64,000 nucleotides of DNA from an uncultured Acidobacteriota bacterium (lineage in GTDB: Bacteria > Acidobacteriota > UBA6911): positions 384,001-448,000 of the forward strand of contig CAWEJX010000007.1 of NCBI GenBank assembly GCA_963809485.1, written 5' to 3'. The notes under the pieces were generated by a model. It had not been told where the DNA came from and ran no database searches. It was given only the letters and a program-made list of their open reading frames with translations. Shown in pieces: positions 10,373 through 21,232 of the stretch. The translations under genes were made by a program, and so were the position numbers. Position 1 is the stretch's first letter. Every line of letters starts with the position of its first letter.

Positions 10373-10917
10373 CAGATTCTCTCCTTTAGGCGGCGTTCAG
10401 CCTATCAAAACTTCTATGGATACTCCATGCCCCGCATGCGGCATGGCCCGGTCCCACACACTATAGCGCTTGAGCTGAAGTTTAGGATAAATTGCGTCGT
10501 TCGACCAGATCTCAAAACGGATTTCTCGATTTTTCCAGCAAACTGACCCAAAACCCGCGGCTTCGGGACCGGGCGGCCCTCAATAATCGCTGCCCCATGT
10601 TATTTCGCTGACGTTATTTCCTTCATTGGACTCACGGATTGCATTTTCCGTATCCACCCGTATTTGTAGCGGTACTTTCCTCTGAATATCCCCGGATCTG
10701 ACAAAAATGCTGCCTTGGGTGTATCGTCCACCGGCACTGATGCCGACGAATTTTTGAGTGTGGAAGGGAATCCAACGATCGATACGATATTTTCTGATTT
10801 CCCACAGGAATGCGCCCGCATCTCTTCTTGGTGCTTAAGCCTTGATACTGTTAATAGAAAGGATTAGTCTTCTTTACCTAATTCCTGGAGAATTTGCCTG
10901 TTCAACGGAGGTATCCG

Positions 10918-12123
10918 ATGCCCAAACTACGCCTTTCCAATCGCGGTCGAAACACCCCTCCTTCACCGATCCGCAAGCTGGCGCCTCTGGCCGCAAAAGC
11001 CAAAAAGTCCGGGATCCATGTATATCATTTGAATATAGGCCAGCCCGACATCGAGTCGCCCCGGGAGTTCTTCGACGGCCTGGCCGCGTATAAGGAGAAA
11101 GTCGTCGCCTACGAACAGTCCCAGGGAAACGAGGGATTGTGCGCAGCCTGGTCGAACTATATTAACAGAACCCTGAAGATCCGCACCCGCCCGGAGCACT
11201 TCCTGATCACCACGGGCGCGAGCGAAGCGCTGGTGTTTATCTTCATGACCTGCTGCGATCCCGGAGATGAGATCATTATCTTCGATCCCACGTATGCCAA
11301 TTATCTCGGTTTTGCCGCGATCGCCGGAGTACATCTGGTGCCGGTTCTGAGCAATCCGGACGATAATTTTGCTCTGCCGGCGCACAAGGAAATTGAGCAG
11401 AGGATCACCAACCGAACCCGGGCTATTCTGCTTTGCAGCCCGAACAATCCTACGGGAACCGTGTGTACCGAACAGGAACTCAGGTTCCTGTATGAGCTGT
11501 GCGAGGAAAACAACATCTTCCTGATTGTGGATGAAACCTACCGTGAATTTGTCTATGACGATCGCAAGCCTCTCTCAATCCTGAACCTGGTGCCGGAGAG
11601 CGACCGCGTGATCGTCGTGGACAGCCTCTCGAAACGTTTCAGCCTTTGCGGCGCGCGTATCGGCTGCCTGCTGACCTCCAATGAGGACGTAATCGCGACA
11701 GCTTTGAAAATAGCCCAGGCGCGGCTTGCGGCTCCAACGATCGATCAGTTCGCGGCCGCATACATGCTGAACCGCATCAAGGACGATTACCTGGAAAACG
11801 TCCGCAAGGAATTCCTGCTGCGCCGTGACGCCCTGTACCATTCGCTGAAACAGATCCCCGGCGTAGAAGCGCACAAACCCATGGGCGCTTTTTACACGGT
11901 GGTGGGTTTGCCTGTGGAGAATGCGGAGGATTTCGCCACCTTTCTGCTTTCCCAATTCTCTCATAACGGGAAAACAACCTTCATCGCGCCCGCCGCGGGG
12001 TTTTATATGCAGAATGAGCATGGATTGAAGAAGGCGAGGTTTGCCTACGTGCTCAATAAGAGCGAGATTGAAGGAGCTATCGAAGTGCTCGCAGCCGGCC
12101 TCGAGAGCTATCTGCAAAAATAA
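10918..12123 (+). CDS. PLP-dependent aminotransferase class I/II
   Basis: HLNIGQPD, ITTGASEAL, SPNNPTG, VDETY, DSLSKRFSLCGARIG (PLP lysine); GGAGG RBS before ATG 10918. Confidence 0.9.
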   Translation: MPKLRLSNRGRNTPPSPIRKLAPLAAKAKKSGIHVYHLNIGQPDIESPREFFDGLAAYKEKVVAYEQSQGNEGLCAAWSNYINRTLKIRTRPEHFLITTGASEALVFIFMTCCDPGDEIIIFDPTYANYLGFAAIAGVHLVPVLSNPDDNFALPAHKEIEQRITNRTRAILLCSPNNPTGTVCTEQELRFLYELCEENNIFLIVDETYREFVYDDRKPLSILNLVPESDRVIVVDSLSKRFSLCGARIGCLLTSNEDVIATALKIAQARLAAPTIDQFAAAYMLNRIKDDYLENVRKEFLLRRDALYHSLKQIPGVEAHKPMGAFYTVVGLPVENAEDFATFLLSQFSHNGKTTFIAPAAGFYMQNEHGLKKARFAYVLNKSEIEGAIEVLAAGLESYLQK

Positions 12124-12454
12124 CCTCCAAATCATGCAGCGGGATTCTTGAAATCTGCGGGACCCTCGGGCATTGGGGCAATCTGCCGCCGGGGCTCGGA
12201 GCCGTGAGAGTATATCTTCCTGAGTACGCCGCGGACATGCCGGACTTGAGAACCGGGGGAGGATACTATTCATTTGGCTGCAAAGCAAAAGATATGTTAT
12301 GTTTGGAACGCTATTCAAAAGCATGGCTTGTCATTTTGGGGAGTCCCTTAGCGGGACTTTCGCTGGTATCGTCTTCATACGGAAGGATGGGTTCGCGGCC
12401 GCTCTTGCCTGCCGCGAGATAAACTTTTTTCCAGAATAGGGGAGGAGGCGTCGC

Positions 12455-14173
12455 ATGGCCGATGTTTTCACTCATGACCTCATAATTTTCGGGGCGGGAT
12501 TGGCCGGATTAAGAGCCGCAATAGAAGCTTCACGCTCCACGCAGGGGAAAATAGACATCGCCGTCATTTCGAAAAACCAATTGATGCGCGCGCATTCGGT
12601 CGCCGCCGAAGGGGGTACGGCCGCGGTGATGCGGCCGGAGGACGGCGACAGCATCGAGCTTCACGCATGGGATACGGTCAAAGGAAGCGACTTCCTGGCG
12701 GACCAGGACGTTGTGGACCTGTTCGTCCGCACCATGCCTTCCGAAATACTGCAGCTGGATCATTGGGGAATCCCGTGGACACGGCGGGAGGACGGCCGCA
12801 TTGCCCAAAGGCCTTTTGGCGGACACAGCTACCCGCGCGCCGTTCTGGCCCAGGACAAGACCGGCTTCTTTGAAATGCAGACGCTCTACGACACGCTGCT
12901 TCAGTACAACTGCGCCAGGCACTACAACGAGCATTTCGTCACCTCGATCCTGGTTGAGAACAATACATTTTGCGGGCTGACGGCCATCGACATGACGACG
13001 GGCCAGTTCAAGGTCATCCGCGGCAAAGCCCTGATAATCGCAAGCGGCGGGGCAGGCACCCTGTTCGGATTCACCACCTATTCCCAGACGGTCACGGGCG
13101 ACGGCATGGCGCTGGCCTACCGCGCCGGAATACCGCTGGAAGACATAGAGTTTCTGCAGTTCCATCCCACAGGCCTTGTTCCCTCTGGGATCCTGATCAC
13201 GGAGGCTTGCCGCGGTGAGGGAGGGTATCTGGTCAACAGCAAGGGCGATCGGTTCATGAACAAGTATGCCCCATCGAAACTCGAGCTGGCTCCGCGCGAC
13301 CTGATCTCCCGCTCGGAAATGACTGAAATCGAGGAGGGGCGCGGATTCAAGGGCCCGGACGGCCTCGATTACATCCATCTGGACCTGAGGCACCTGGGCG
13401 CAAAGAAAATCAACGAGCATCTGCCGCTGATCCGCGAGGTTTGCATCGAATTCAACGATCTCGATCCGATCAAGGAACCTATTCCCTGCCGTCCCGTGGC
13501 CCACTATTCCATGGGCGGCATCGAAACGGATATCAAAGGCGCCACCCGGGTCAGGGGTATCTGGGCAGCCGGCGAAGCGGCCTGCGTCAGCCTGCACGGC
13601 GCGAACCGTCTCGGATCCAATTCAACGGCCGAGTGTCTGGTTTGGGGCAAAATCACCGGGGCGGAAACAGGTCGCTATTGCGCTGAAAATAAACAGGCGG
13701 CTCCGGTTCCCGAATCCAAAGTCAACGCCGAACACAAAAGAATTTTCGAGGGGCTCCTATCGCGGAAAGGCCCGGAGAATCTTTACGAAATCCGCAGAGA
13801 ATTGCGCTCGTGCATGGATGTCAATGTGGGAGTCTTCCGGACAGGTCAGGAACTGAGCCAGGGACTGGAAAAGATCCGGTCACTCCGAAGACGCTATTCC
13901 AATATCAGCATCGAGGACAAAAGCGCCGTCTACAACACCAACCTGTATCATGCGCTGGAGATTGCAAACCTGCTGGATCTTGCGGAGGTCATGGTGACGG
14001 GAGCCGTAACGAGGACCGAATCGCGCGGCGGCCACGCGCGCCGGGATTTTCCCGTTCGCGACGACGAAAACTGGCTGAAGCACACGCTGGCCTTCTTTAC
14101 CGAGCAAGGCCCGAAACTGGATTACAAGCCGGTCACCATCACGACATGGCAGCCGGTGGAAAGGAAATACTGA
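12455..14173 (+). CDS. sdhA: Succinate dehydrogenase/fumarate reductase flavoprotein subunit
   Basis: GAGLAG; [10 protein letters not shown] (FAD His); QFHPTG; [10 protein letters not shown]; HYSMGG; [10 protein letters not shown]; ESRGGH. Confidence 0.95.
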   Translation: MADVFTHDLIIFGAGLAGLRAAIEASRSTQGKIDIAVISKNQLMRAHSVAAEGGTAAVMRPEDGDSIELHAWDTVKGSDFLADQDVVDLFVRTMPSEILQLDHWGIPWTRREDGRIAQRPFGGHSYPRAVLAQDKTGFFEMQTLYDTLLQYNCARHYNEHFVTSILVENNTFCGLTAIDMTTGQFKVIRGKALIIASGGAGTLFGFTTYSQTVTGDGMALAYRAGIPLEDIEFLQFHPTGLVPSGILITEACRGEGGYLVNSKGDRFMNKYAPSKLELAPRDLISRSEMTEIEEGRGFKGPDGLDYIHLDLRHLGAKKINEHLPLIREVCIEFNDLDPIKEPIPCRPVAHYSMGGIETDIKGATRVRGIWAAGEAACVSLHGANRLGSNSTAECLVWGKITGAETGRYCAENKQAAPVPESKVNAEHKRIFEGLLSRKGPENLYEIRRELRSCMDVNVGVFRTGQELSQGLEKIRSLRRRYSNISIEDKSAVYNTNLYHALEIANLLDLAEVMVTGAVTRTESRGGHARRDFPVRDDENWLKHTLAFFTEQGPKLDYKPVTITTWQPVERKY

Positions 14174-14196
14174 AACAAGACTTTCAAGGAGCAGCT

Positions 14197-14632
14197 ATGC
14201 AAAACAGACGCGAAAACCAATCTCGGACTCTGGGGCTGGCTCAGCGGCGGGCGCTACGGAATGGAGCGCTATGCCTATGCTCTGCATCGCCTGACCGGTC
14301 TCGGGATCCTGGCCTATTTTCTCATGCACATCTTTGTGACCGGATCGCGCGCGGCCGGCCCGGAACGATGGGAAACCACGATGGCATTTTTCAGCACGCC
14401 GCTCTTCAAAATCGGCGAGTTTCTCGTCTTCCTGGCTTTTGCCTATCACGCAATCAACGGCATCCGGCTCATCCTGGTCGAACTGGGATACATGATCGGG
14501 AAACCGGGTCTTCCGGCCTATCCCTATAACTATTCCACCCTGCGACAGAGGCCGCTTTTTGTGGCCGCTATGGTTATCGCAGCGGTGCTCATGATCATCG
14601 GCGGCGCCGATTTTTATCTCCTGATGAAATAG
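14197..14632 (+). CDS. sdhC: SDH cytochrome b membrane anchor C; probable 1-nt indel near 14218 separates ATG 14197 from the body (first in-frame ATG 14261)
   Basis: LHRLTG, MHIF, YHAINGIRLIL, three TM helices; AAGGAG RBS precedes ATG 14197; NLGLWGWLSGGRYG lies upstream of 14261 in the body frame. Confidence 0.8.
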
Positions 14633-14641
14633 GAGGGAACC

Positions 14642-15013
14642 ATGCGCGAATCAAAATTATGGTCCTGGCACATACTCACTGCCGTGATCATTCTGGTTTT
14701 GCTCGGCGTCCACATGGGCACCATGCACCTGGGCGCCCTTTTGAGCACGACTGGCATAGGGTCCGGCGATCCTACCCAATCCGCCGAGGTATTTCACCGC
14801 AGCCAGCAATTTATTTACATGATCGGCTATATCCTGTTGCTCGGAGCCGCTCTGTTCCACGGGCTGTATGGGCTCCGCAGCATGCTCTTCGAGCTGTCGC
14901 TTTCGAGAATAAGCGAAAAAGTGATCGGCGGCTTGTGCGCCGTTGCCGGCGTCGCGCTTTTCATTTACGGAAGCTATGTCGCGGTAATGGTGTTTCGGAT
15001 GAAGGGAGTGTAA
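14642..15013 (+). CDS. sdhD: SDH membrane anchor subunit D
   Basis: Three TM helices with WHILTA, VHMGTMH and FHGLYGLR; lies between sdhC and sdhB. Confidence 0.78.
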   Translation: MRESKLWSWHILTAVIILVLLGVHMGTMHLGALLSTTGIGSGDPTQSAEVFHRSQQFIYMIGYILLLGAALFHGLYGLRSMLFELSLSRISEKVIGGLCAVAGVALFIYGSYVAVMVFRMKGV

Positions 15014-15015
15014 CC

Positions 15016-15873
15016 ATGGCTAAAACGCAGACACAGGATTCAGGCATCATCAAAACCGTAGCTTTCGAGGTGCTGCGCTACAATCCGGCCGATGGCCGAA
15101 AGCCCCAGCTGCAGGAATATTCCGTGCCGGTCACAAAGGGCATGACGGTGCTGGACGGGCTCAACTGGATCAAGGAGCATAAGGACAGCACTCTGTCCTG
15201 GCGGTCCTCTTGCCGGATGGGTGTGTGCGGATCCTGCGGGATGTTCATCAACGGCCTTCCGCGCCTCGCCTGCAACAACCAGATTATTCATCTGCACTCG
15301 GACCGCATCGTGATCAAGCCTTTGCCCAACTACGACGTCATCCGCGATCTGGTCCCGGACCTGGATAGCCTTTTAAAAAAGCATCAGTCCGTAAAACCCT
15401 ACCTCATCCGGAAAGACAGGGTGGAACAGGACCGTCCAACCGGCGAATATTTTCAGTCGGAGCAGGAACTGGTCAACTACATACAATTTGCTTACTGCAT
15501 CAAGTGCGGGCTGTGCCTGTCCGCCTGCCCGACGGTTGCCACATCCGAGGAATATGCAGGCCCCCAGAGCCTGACTCAGGGCTGGCGATATATGCTGGAT
15601 ACCCGCGACGAAGGCGCCGCGGAACGCGAGGACGAAATGTATTCCAGGCACGGCGTATACCGCTGCCATTTTGCCGGCGCCTGCTCGCAGGTGTGCCCGA
15701 AAGGCGTAGATCCCGCACTGGCGATCCAACTGGCCAAGAAGGATGCGTTTCTGAGAAGTTTCGGATTGCGCAAACGCCGCCAGGTTACGGCTGTGGCTCC
15801 GCCCATACAAAACTGGGTTTCTAAGGCGGATATCCCGAAGGCTCCGGAGCCGACCATCAAACAGAAGAGCTGA
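15016..15873 (+). CDS. sdhB: SDH/FRD iron-sulfur subunit
   Basis: SCRMGVCGSCG...LAC (2Fe-2S); CIKCGLCLSACP; CHFAGACSQVCP. Confidence 0.95.
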   Translation: MAKTQTQDSGIIKTVAFEVLRYNPADGRKPQLQEYSVPVTKGMTVLDGLNWIKEHKDSTLSWRSSCRMGVCGSCGMFINGLPRLACNNQIIHLHSDRIVIKPLPNYDVIRDLVPDLDSLLKKHQSVKPYLIRKDRVEQDRPTGEYFQSEQELVNYIQFAYCIKCGLCLSACPTVATSEEYAGPQSLTQGWRYMLDTRDEGAAEREDEMYSRHGVYRCHFAGACSQVCPKGVDPALAIQLAKKDAFLRSFGLRKRRQVTAVAPPIQNWVSKADIPKAPEPTIKQKS

Positions 15874-15939
15874 GCTTTTTGGGCAGGTGCGGCCTTCCGG
15901 CCGCGCCTGCTCAAGCTGAATGACTGAAATCCCCCGCAA

Positions 15940-16339
15940 GTCAGGTACCTCCGGCAAAGCCGGAGGCTTGAATGATTTGAACCGCTCAAAGCGGTTGGAG
16001 GAGTTATGCCGGTCTTGAACGCTGACTTACGCGGGCAAAAGCCGATGAGGCGCTTCCGATCCCCGCAGGGGCCAGCGCTCCGCGCTGGACGGTTTTCTGC
16101 GGCGGCACTGTGGCAAGCGCCGTGCGGCAAGGAGATGAAGGGTATGAGAAACCGGGCGTTTGCCACAGTGCCGCCACAGAAAACTCCATTGGAAGCGCCT
16201 CATCGGCTTTTGCTCGCCGACCCTCGCCGAACAAATCGGCGTTTGTCAGCGCTTTTATCAGCGTTTCTCAGCGTTTCAAATTACGGAGCTGTCAAACTCT
16301 TTGAGTCCCCCGGCAGAGCCGGGGGTTTACCAATGTAAT
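15940..16339 (-). mobile_element. Non-autonomous IS200/IS605-like element, copy 1 (full length, nested inverted repeats)
   Basis: Subterminal hairpins CCTCCGGCAAAGCCGGAGG, AACCGCTCAAAGCGGTT and CCCCCGGCAGAGCCGGGGG; no transposase ORF; five copies in the window. Confidence 0.8.
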
Positions 16340-16366
16340 CAGAAATCGAACGTCCGCTTGAAAAAA

Positions 16367-16840
16367 ATGAAGGAAGTAACTCTGTATACCGACGGCGCCT
16401 GCCTGAATAATCCCGGCCCGGGCGGCTATGGCGTTGTGCTTATCTACGAATCCCACCGCAGGGAGCTTTCCGGAGGATTCCGTCGCACCACCAATAACCG
16501 CATGGAAATCTACGCAGCCATCGCCGGGCTCGAAGCCCTCAGGGAACCCTGCCGGGTAACGCTCTTCAGCGATTCCCAATACCTCATTTTTGCCATGCAG
16601 AAGGGCTGGGCGCTCCGGTGGCAGGCCAACGGCTGGAAGCGGAACAGGAAAGAAGAAGCCGTCAATCCGGACCTCTGGGAAAGACTGCTGAAATTGTGTT
16701 CCATCCACGAAGTGACGTTTAGGTGGGTACGCGGTCACGCCGGAGAAAGCGAAAACGAGCGCTGCGACGAACTGGCCACGGCCGCGGCCCGCGGGACCGG
16801 GCTTGCCCCGGATGAAGGCTATGAGAAAGCCTCGCCGTAG
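16367..16840 (+). CDS. rnhA: Ribonuclease HI
   Basis: [49 protein letters not shown]. Confidence 0.95.
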   Translation: MKEVTLYTDGACLNNPGPGGYGVVLIYESHRRELSGGFRRTTNNRMEIYAAIAGLEALREPCRVTLFSDSQYLIFAMQKGWALRWQANGWKRNRKEEAVNPDLWERLLKLCSIHEVTFRWVRGHAGESENERCDELATAAARGTGLAPDEGYEKASP

Positions 16841-17583
16841 AGCTGCCGGGTATTCAGCGCTACGGCTTCAATCACTTCCGCTCTCGCAAGCCCCTTCAGC
16901 TGCGCAATCGCTTCCAATGCATGCAAGGCATTCGCCGGTTCGTTTCGCTCCTGCGCAATAGGGCCGAGGACCGGGCTGTCTGTTTCAATCAAAAGCCTCG
17001 AAAGCGGCAGCCGTTTGACGAGCCTTTGTTTCTGTTCGGATCGTATCACCGACGGAGGTATGGAAAAGTAAAATCCGGCTTCTGCCGCGGGCAAGGCTGC
17101 CGAAGGCTTCCCGTCGAAAGCATGCAGCTGCACTTTGCGGGCGCCGCTCTGCAGCAATAGCGCCACGGCATGCCGGCCGGCGGAACGGGAATGCACGTTC
17201 AGAGGGAGCGAGAGTTCCTTGCTCAAGGCAATGAAGCTCCCGAATATTTCGCGCTGCAGCTCCCTGTCGGATTCACTCTGCACCATCCAGTAATCCAGAC
17301 CCACTTCTCCGATCGCGGACAGTTTTTCTCTATGGCTGCGGATAAATCCGCACATTTTTTCAGCCAGATCAAGCTCCAGCAACGTGGGGTAGAGCCCTGC
17401 GGCAGGACGGATCATGGGATGGAGGACGGCCAGTTCCAGGTTCTTTTCGGCATCGGCAAGGTTTTCACCCACAGCGATCACGGCCGTTATCCCGGCTGCC
17501 CCCGCTCGTGCGAGAACCTCCGCCCGGTCCCCGTCAAAAACCGGGTCGCACAGGTGGGCGTGAGTGTCCGTCAGCGATGCCAT
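16819..17583 (-). CDS. TatD-family deoxyribonuclease/hydrolase
   Basis: [34 protein letters not shown]; 3' end overlaps rnhA by 22 bp. Confidence 0.9.
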   Translation of the reverse strand: MASLTDTHAHLCDPVFDGDRAEVLARAGAAGITAVIAVGENLADAEKNLELAVLHPMIRPAAGLYPTLLELDLAEKMCGFIRSHREKLSAIGEVGLDYWMVQSESDRELQREIFGSFIALSKELSLPLNVHSRSAGRHAVALLLQSGARKVQLHAFDGKPSAALPAAEAGFYFSIPPSVIRSEQKQRLVKRLPLSRLLIETDSPVLGPIAQERNEPANALHALEAIAQLKGLARAEVIEAVALNTRQLYGEAFS

Positions 17584-17751
17584 GAGGCAAGCATAGCGGA
17601 ATTCGTGCGTGGCATGGAAGGCGAAAGGCGCAGGACAGGAGCCGGAAGACAGGGAAGCCGGAGAGATTCCGGCGATCCCCATAGTCGGACAGATTTTATG
17701 CGTGGATGTTTTTGAGCCCGCAGGCATAAAATCACAGGTGAGACAAAAGCC

Positions 17752-18768
17752 ATGATTTATTCGTGGATACTGGATTCCGGAGGGACAGGCCGCGGCGCCT
17801 GGCAGGGCGGTGTGATTTACGAGTTCATTCGCTGGTGCCGCGAAAACGGCTGCTTCCCAACCATCACCATGGGCGCTTCGGCAGGAGGTTATGCCGCTGC
17901 CGACGTGGCCACGGGCACAGAAAAGACCGTAATGAAAGGCTGGACCTTCTGGGGAAAGCAGCACCTGCCAAGGCGCCTTCGAAACTCGCACTCTGACGGG
18001 ATAGGAGGATTCCGCGCCCAACTCCGCAGTTCGATCCGTTACGTGATGGAGGAAGAAGAGCTATCCGGCGTATTCGGGAAAAGTCCGGTCGAAAAGCTGC
18101 TCGTGTTCACAACCCGCGTCCGGCGCAAAGATCTCAAACCGTTCGGACCGGGCGACAGGCTGCGCTTCTTTTTCAAATCAGCGACCCGCAAGCTTCCGAG
18201 AACATTAAAATACCTTCCCGGGAACTACGCGGAGGAACCGGTCCTGTTCGCAACAAACCTGCCCGCGGGATTACGTTCCGAATACATCCGGCCATTAACC
18301 CCCGGGAATTATCATGCCGTGATCGAAGCTTCGTGCCTCGTGCCGGTGGCGATGGGTCCGCCTCTGCTCCCCCGGGAACTTCAGGCAGATACCCCAGACA
18401 GCGATGGCCCGTCCGTTTTCATGGACGGCGGCTATGCCCTTAAAATGCCTATGCGTCTATTCGAGGAAGATGCGCGTTTCCAAGCGCTCGCCCGCTGGGT
18501 TTCCGCGGATAAGACGATTATCTTCTGCTGCGATCCTGCAGGAATGCTCTGGGAAACCAGTTCCCGGCTGCGGTCCCTGAACAACTTTCCCAGTGTGACG
18601 GAAGCCTTGTGCGGGAACCGGCTTCTAGTCATCAGCCCGGACCACAAAGTGGAAGCCGGCTTCCTGTGCACGGATAACGCCGTCGCCATGAGGACCTTTC
18701 AACGGGGTCAGGAACAGGCTCAGTGCCTGCTGCGGTCCGAGAATGTCCGCCGCTTCTTCGAAGCCTGA
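17752..18768 (+). CDS. Patatin-like phospholipase/esterase
   Basis: SGGTGRGAWQGG (oxyanion loop), GASAG (nucleophile), EASC..P, MDGG. Confidence 0.75.
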   Translation: MIYSWILDSGGTGRGAWQGGVIYEFIRWCRENGCFPTITMGASAGGYAAADVATGTEKTVMKGWTFWGKQHLPRRLRNSHSDGIGGFRAQLRSSIRYVMEEEELSGVFGKSPVEKLLVFTTRVRRKDLKPFGPGDRLRFFFKSATRKLPRTLKYLPGNYAEEPVLFATNLPAGLRSEYIRPLTPGNYHAVIEASCLVPVAMGPPLLPRELQADTPDSDGPSVFMDGGYALKMPMRLFEEDARFQALARWVSADKTIIFCCDPAGMLWETSSRLRSLNNFPSVTEALCGNRLLVISPDHKVEAGFLCTDNAVAMRTFQRGQEQAQCLLRSENVRRFFEA

Positions 18769-18882
18769 AACATACCCCCAAAAATCGACCCCGAAACACG
18801 CGAAATCCGCAAAATAATCAGATGAGTTTCCGCTTGAATAGGAAATGCGTTTAAATTCGTGGCTGGTTTTACGCCTGAGGCG

Positions 18883-21141
18883 CTAACGGCGAGGCCCGGG
18901 TTGATTGAACTTGGTCATCAGGTCCTGGATGGAAGCGGATTTTTTCTCCGGAAGAGGAGACTTCTTCTCGCGGGCCGGCTTCCCGGGGTGCACCGCGGAC
19001 TTCATGGACAGCGAAATCCTCTTCAGCGTCTCGTTCACTTCAAGCACCCGGACCTTGACGATCTGGCCGACTTTGACAACTTTCCTGGGATCATCAACGA
19101 AACGGTCCGCCAGCTGGGAGATATGCACAAGACCGTCCTGATGGACGCCGATATCGACGAAAGCGCCGAAATTGGCGACATTGGTCACGATCCCTTCGAG
19201 CTCCATTCCTGCGACAAGATCCTTAATCTCCTTGATTTCCTCCTTGAAAGTCGCATACCGGAACTCAGCCCGCGGATCGCGGCCTGGTTTCTCCAGTTCG
19301 GAAATGATGTCGCGCAAGGTCGGCTCTCCGACCGTCTCAGTCACATAGTCCTTCAAGTTGATGGAGCTGAATTTTCCCGCAGCCGCCCCAATCCGATCCA
19401 GGGGCAGGTTCAGGTCGCGGGCCATTTTCCCCACGATAAAGTAGCTTTCGGGGTGCACAGCGGTGTTGTCGAGAGGATTTTCCCCGTCCCTGATTCGCAG
19501 GAATCCGGCCGCCTGTTCGAATGTTTTCGGACCGAATTTCGGTATTTGAACCAGCTCCCTCCTGTTGCGGAAAGCGCCCTTTTCATTGCGGAAGGCAACA
19601 ACACTCCTGGCCAGGGACGAAGAAATGCCGGCAACGAAACTCAAAAGCTCCTTTGAAGCCAGGTTTAAATCGACGCCGACATAATTCACACAGCTTTCAA
19701 CCGTATCCTCCAGCTTCTGCTTGAGCAGCTTCTGATCCACATCGTGCTGGTACTGGCCGACACCGATGGACTTGGGATCGATTTTGACCAGTTCCGCAAG
19801 CGGGTCCTGGAGCCTCCGGGCGATACTCACCGCGCCGCGAGCCGTCAGGTCCAGATCCGGAAACTCTTCGATCGCCACCTCGCTTGCCGAATAAACGGAG
19901 GCTCCCGCCTCGCTAACCATCACCTTGACCGGCCTGGGTTCCAGCGTGTTCAGCACATCGCCCACAAAAGATTCCGTCTCCCGGCCCGCGGTCCCGTTTC
20001 CGATGGCCACAAGTTCCAGGCGGTGCTTCCCGATGAGCTTTTTCAGTGTCTCCGCCGCCCGGGCGCGTTCCGCATCCGATTTGTGCGGATGGATGGTCTC
20101 ATACTCCAGAAGCTTGCCTGTTTGGTCGACGGCGGCAACCTTGCATCCCGTGCGGAATCCGGGGTCGATGCCGAGGGTCGGTTTCATTCCGGCGGGGCTG
20201 GAGAGAAGCAATTCCCGCAGATTGGCCTCGAAGGTCCGGATGGATTCCCTGTCGGCGGCCGTCTTTTTCTCCAGCCGCACTTCCCCGATCAGCGTGGTCT
20301 TCATGAGGCGCTCGAAGGCATCCGCCAGCATTTCCCGGAAAAATTCGCGCACATTTGCCGCCGAAGCATGTATCTCCTGAGACTCCAGGTACGCGGTAAC
20401 CACGGCCGGATCATAGTCGATCGTAAAAGTGAGAATGCCCTCCGTTTCGCCGCGCCTGAGGGCAAGCATATTGTGCGGCGCGATGTCCTTCACACGGACC
20501 CTGTATTCGCGGTACATCTCGAATTTCGTCGTTCCTTCGGGATATTCCTCCTTGATGCGCGAGGTGAAGAAACCCTCGTTCATCAAATAGTCCCGCAGAT
20601 GCTGCCGCAGAGCCGCCTTCTCCGAGACTTCTTCCGCCAGGATGTCGGACGCGCCCTGCAGGGCTTCGGCGGCACTCTCAACCCCGAGTTCGCCGGAGAT
20701 ATAGCGGGCGGCCTCGGCCTCGAGGTCCGGCGGAGGCGCATCGGGGCTATTTGCGCTTCTCAGGAACCCGGCCAGCGGCTCGAGCCCTTTTTCGCGGGCC
20801 ACGGTCGCCCGCGTGCGTTTCCTGGGTTTGTAGGGAAGATACAGGTCTTCGAGTGCCGTTTTCTGCAGGCATTCCTCGATTTTTGTTTTCAGCTCATCGG
20901 TCAGCTTCCCCTGCTCCTGGATGGATTTGAGGACGGCGGCTTTTCTCTCTTCCAGCTCGGTCAGGTAGGTGTGCCTCTCGAGCAGGGCGCGCAGCTGGAT
21001 CTCATTCATCTCGCCCGTCCGTTCTTTGCGGTACCGCGCGATGAAGGGCACGGTCCCTCCTTCGGCAAACAAGGCCAGCGCATTCTGCACCTGATCGATC
21101 CCGAGAGAAAGTTCCGATGCGATTAGCTGAAGCATGTTCAT
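18883..21141 (-). CDS. tex: Tex-family RNA-binding transcriptional accessory protein
   Basis: GTVPFIARYRKE, LEDLYLPYK, GIDPGFRTGCK, ARRLQDPLAELVK, C-terminal S1 domain. Confidence 0.95.
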   Translation of the reverse strand: MNMLQLIASELSLGIDQVQNALALFAEGGTVPFIARYRKERTGEMNEIQLRALLERHTYLTELEERKAAVLKSIQEQGKLTDELKTKIEECLQKTALEDLYLPYKPRKRTRATVAREKGLEPLAGFLRSANSPDAPPPDLEAEAARYISGELGVESAAEALQGASDILAEEVSEKAALRQHLRDYLMNEGFFTSRIKEEYPEGTTKFEMYREYRVRVKDIAPHNMLALRRGETEGILTFTIDYDPAVVTAYLESQEIHASAANVREFFREMLADAFERLMKTTLIGEVRLEKKTAADRESIRTFEANLRELLLSSPAGMKPTLGIDPGFRTGCKVAAVDQTGKLLEYETIHPHKSDAERARAAETLKKLIGKHRLELVAIGNGTAGRETESFVGDVLNTLEPRPVKVMVSEAGASVYSASEVAIEEFPDLDLTARGAVSIARRLQDPLAELVKIDPKSIGVGQYQHDVDQKLLKQKLEDTVESCVNYVGVDLNLASKELLSFVAGISSSLARSVVAFRNEKGAFRNRRELVQIPKFGPKTFEQAAGFLRIRDGENPLDNTAVHPESYFIVGKMARDLNLPLDRIGAAAGKFSSINLKDYVTETVGEPTLRDIISELEKPGRDPRAEFRYATFKEEIKEIKDLVAGMELEGIVTNVANFGAFVDIGVHQDGLVHISQLADRFVDDPRKVVKVGQIVKVRVLEVNETLKRISLSMKSAVHPGKPAREKKSPLPEKKSASIQDLMTKFNQPGPRR

Positions 21142-21232
21142 GTTTACAAAACTCCTTCTTTCTCAGATTCCTGTCGAGCCAAACCACCCTCGCCCCGGAG
21201 GCAGGGGATTCCAATGCTCCCCGATGGGAGCA

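Noticed and set aside
15576-16338. Recurrent ORFs such as MPVLNADLRGQKPMRRF and [10 protein letters not shown] in several places
   Set aside because: Translations of the repeated non-coding element; frames are not preserved between copies; no HUH/Y1 or TnpB motifs
16367-18768. rnhA-tatD-patatin as an anti-phage system
   Set aside because: Genes are convergent/divergent rather than operonic, rnhA and tatD look like housekeeping types, and there is no RT, cyclase or ATPase partner
19744-21126. 460-aa plus-strand ORF
   Set aside because: Antisense shadow of tex
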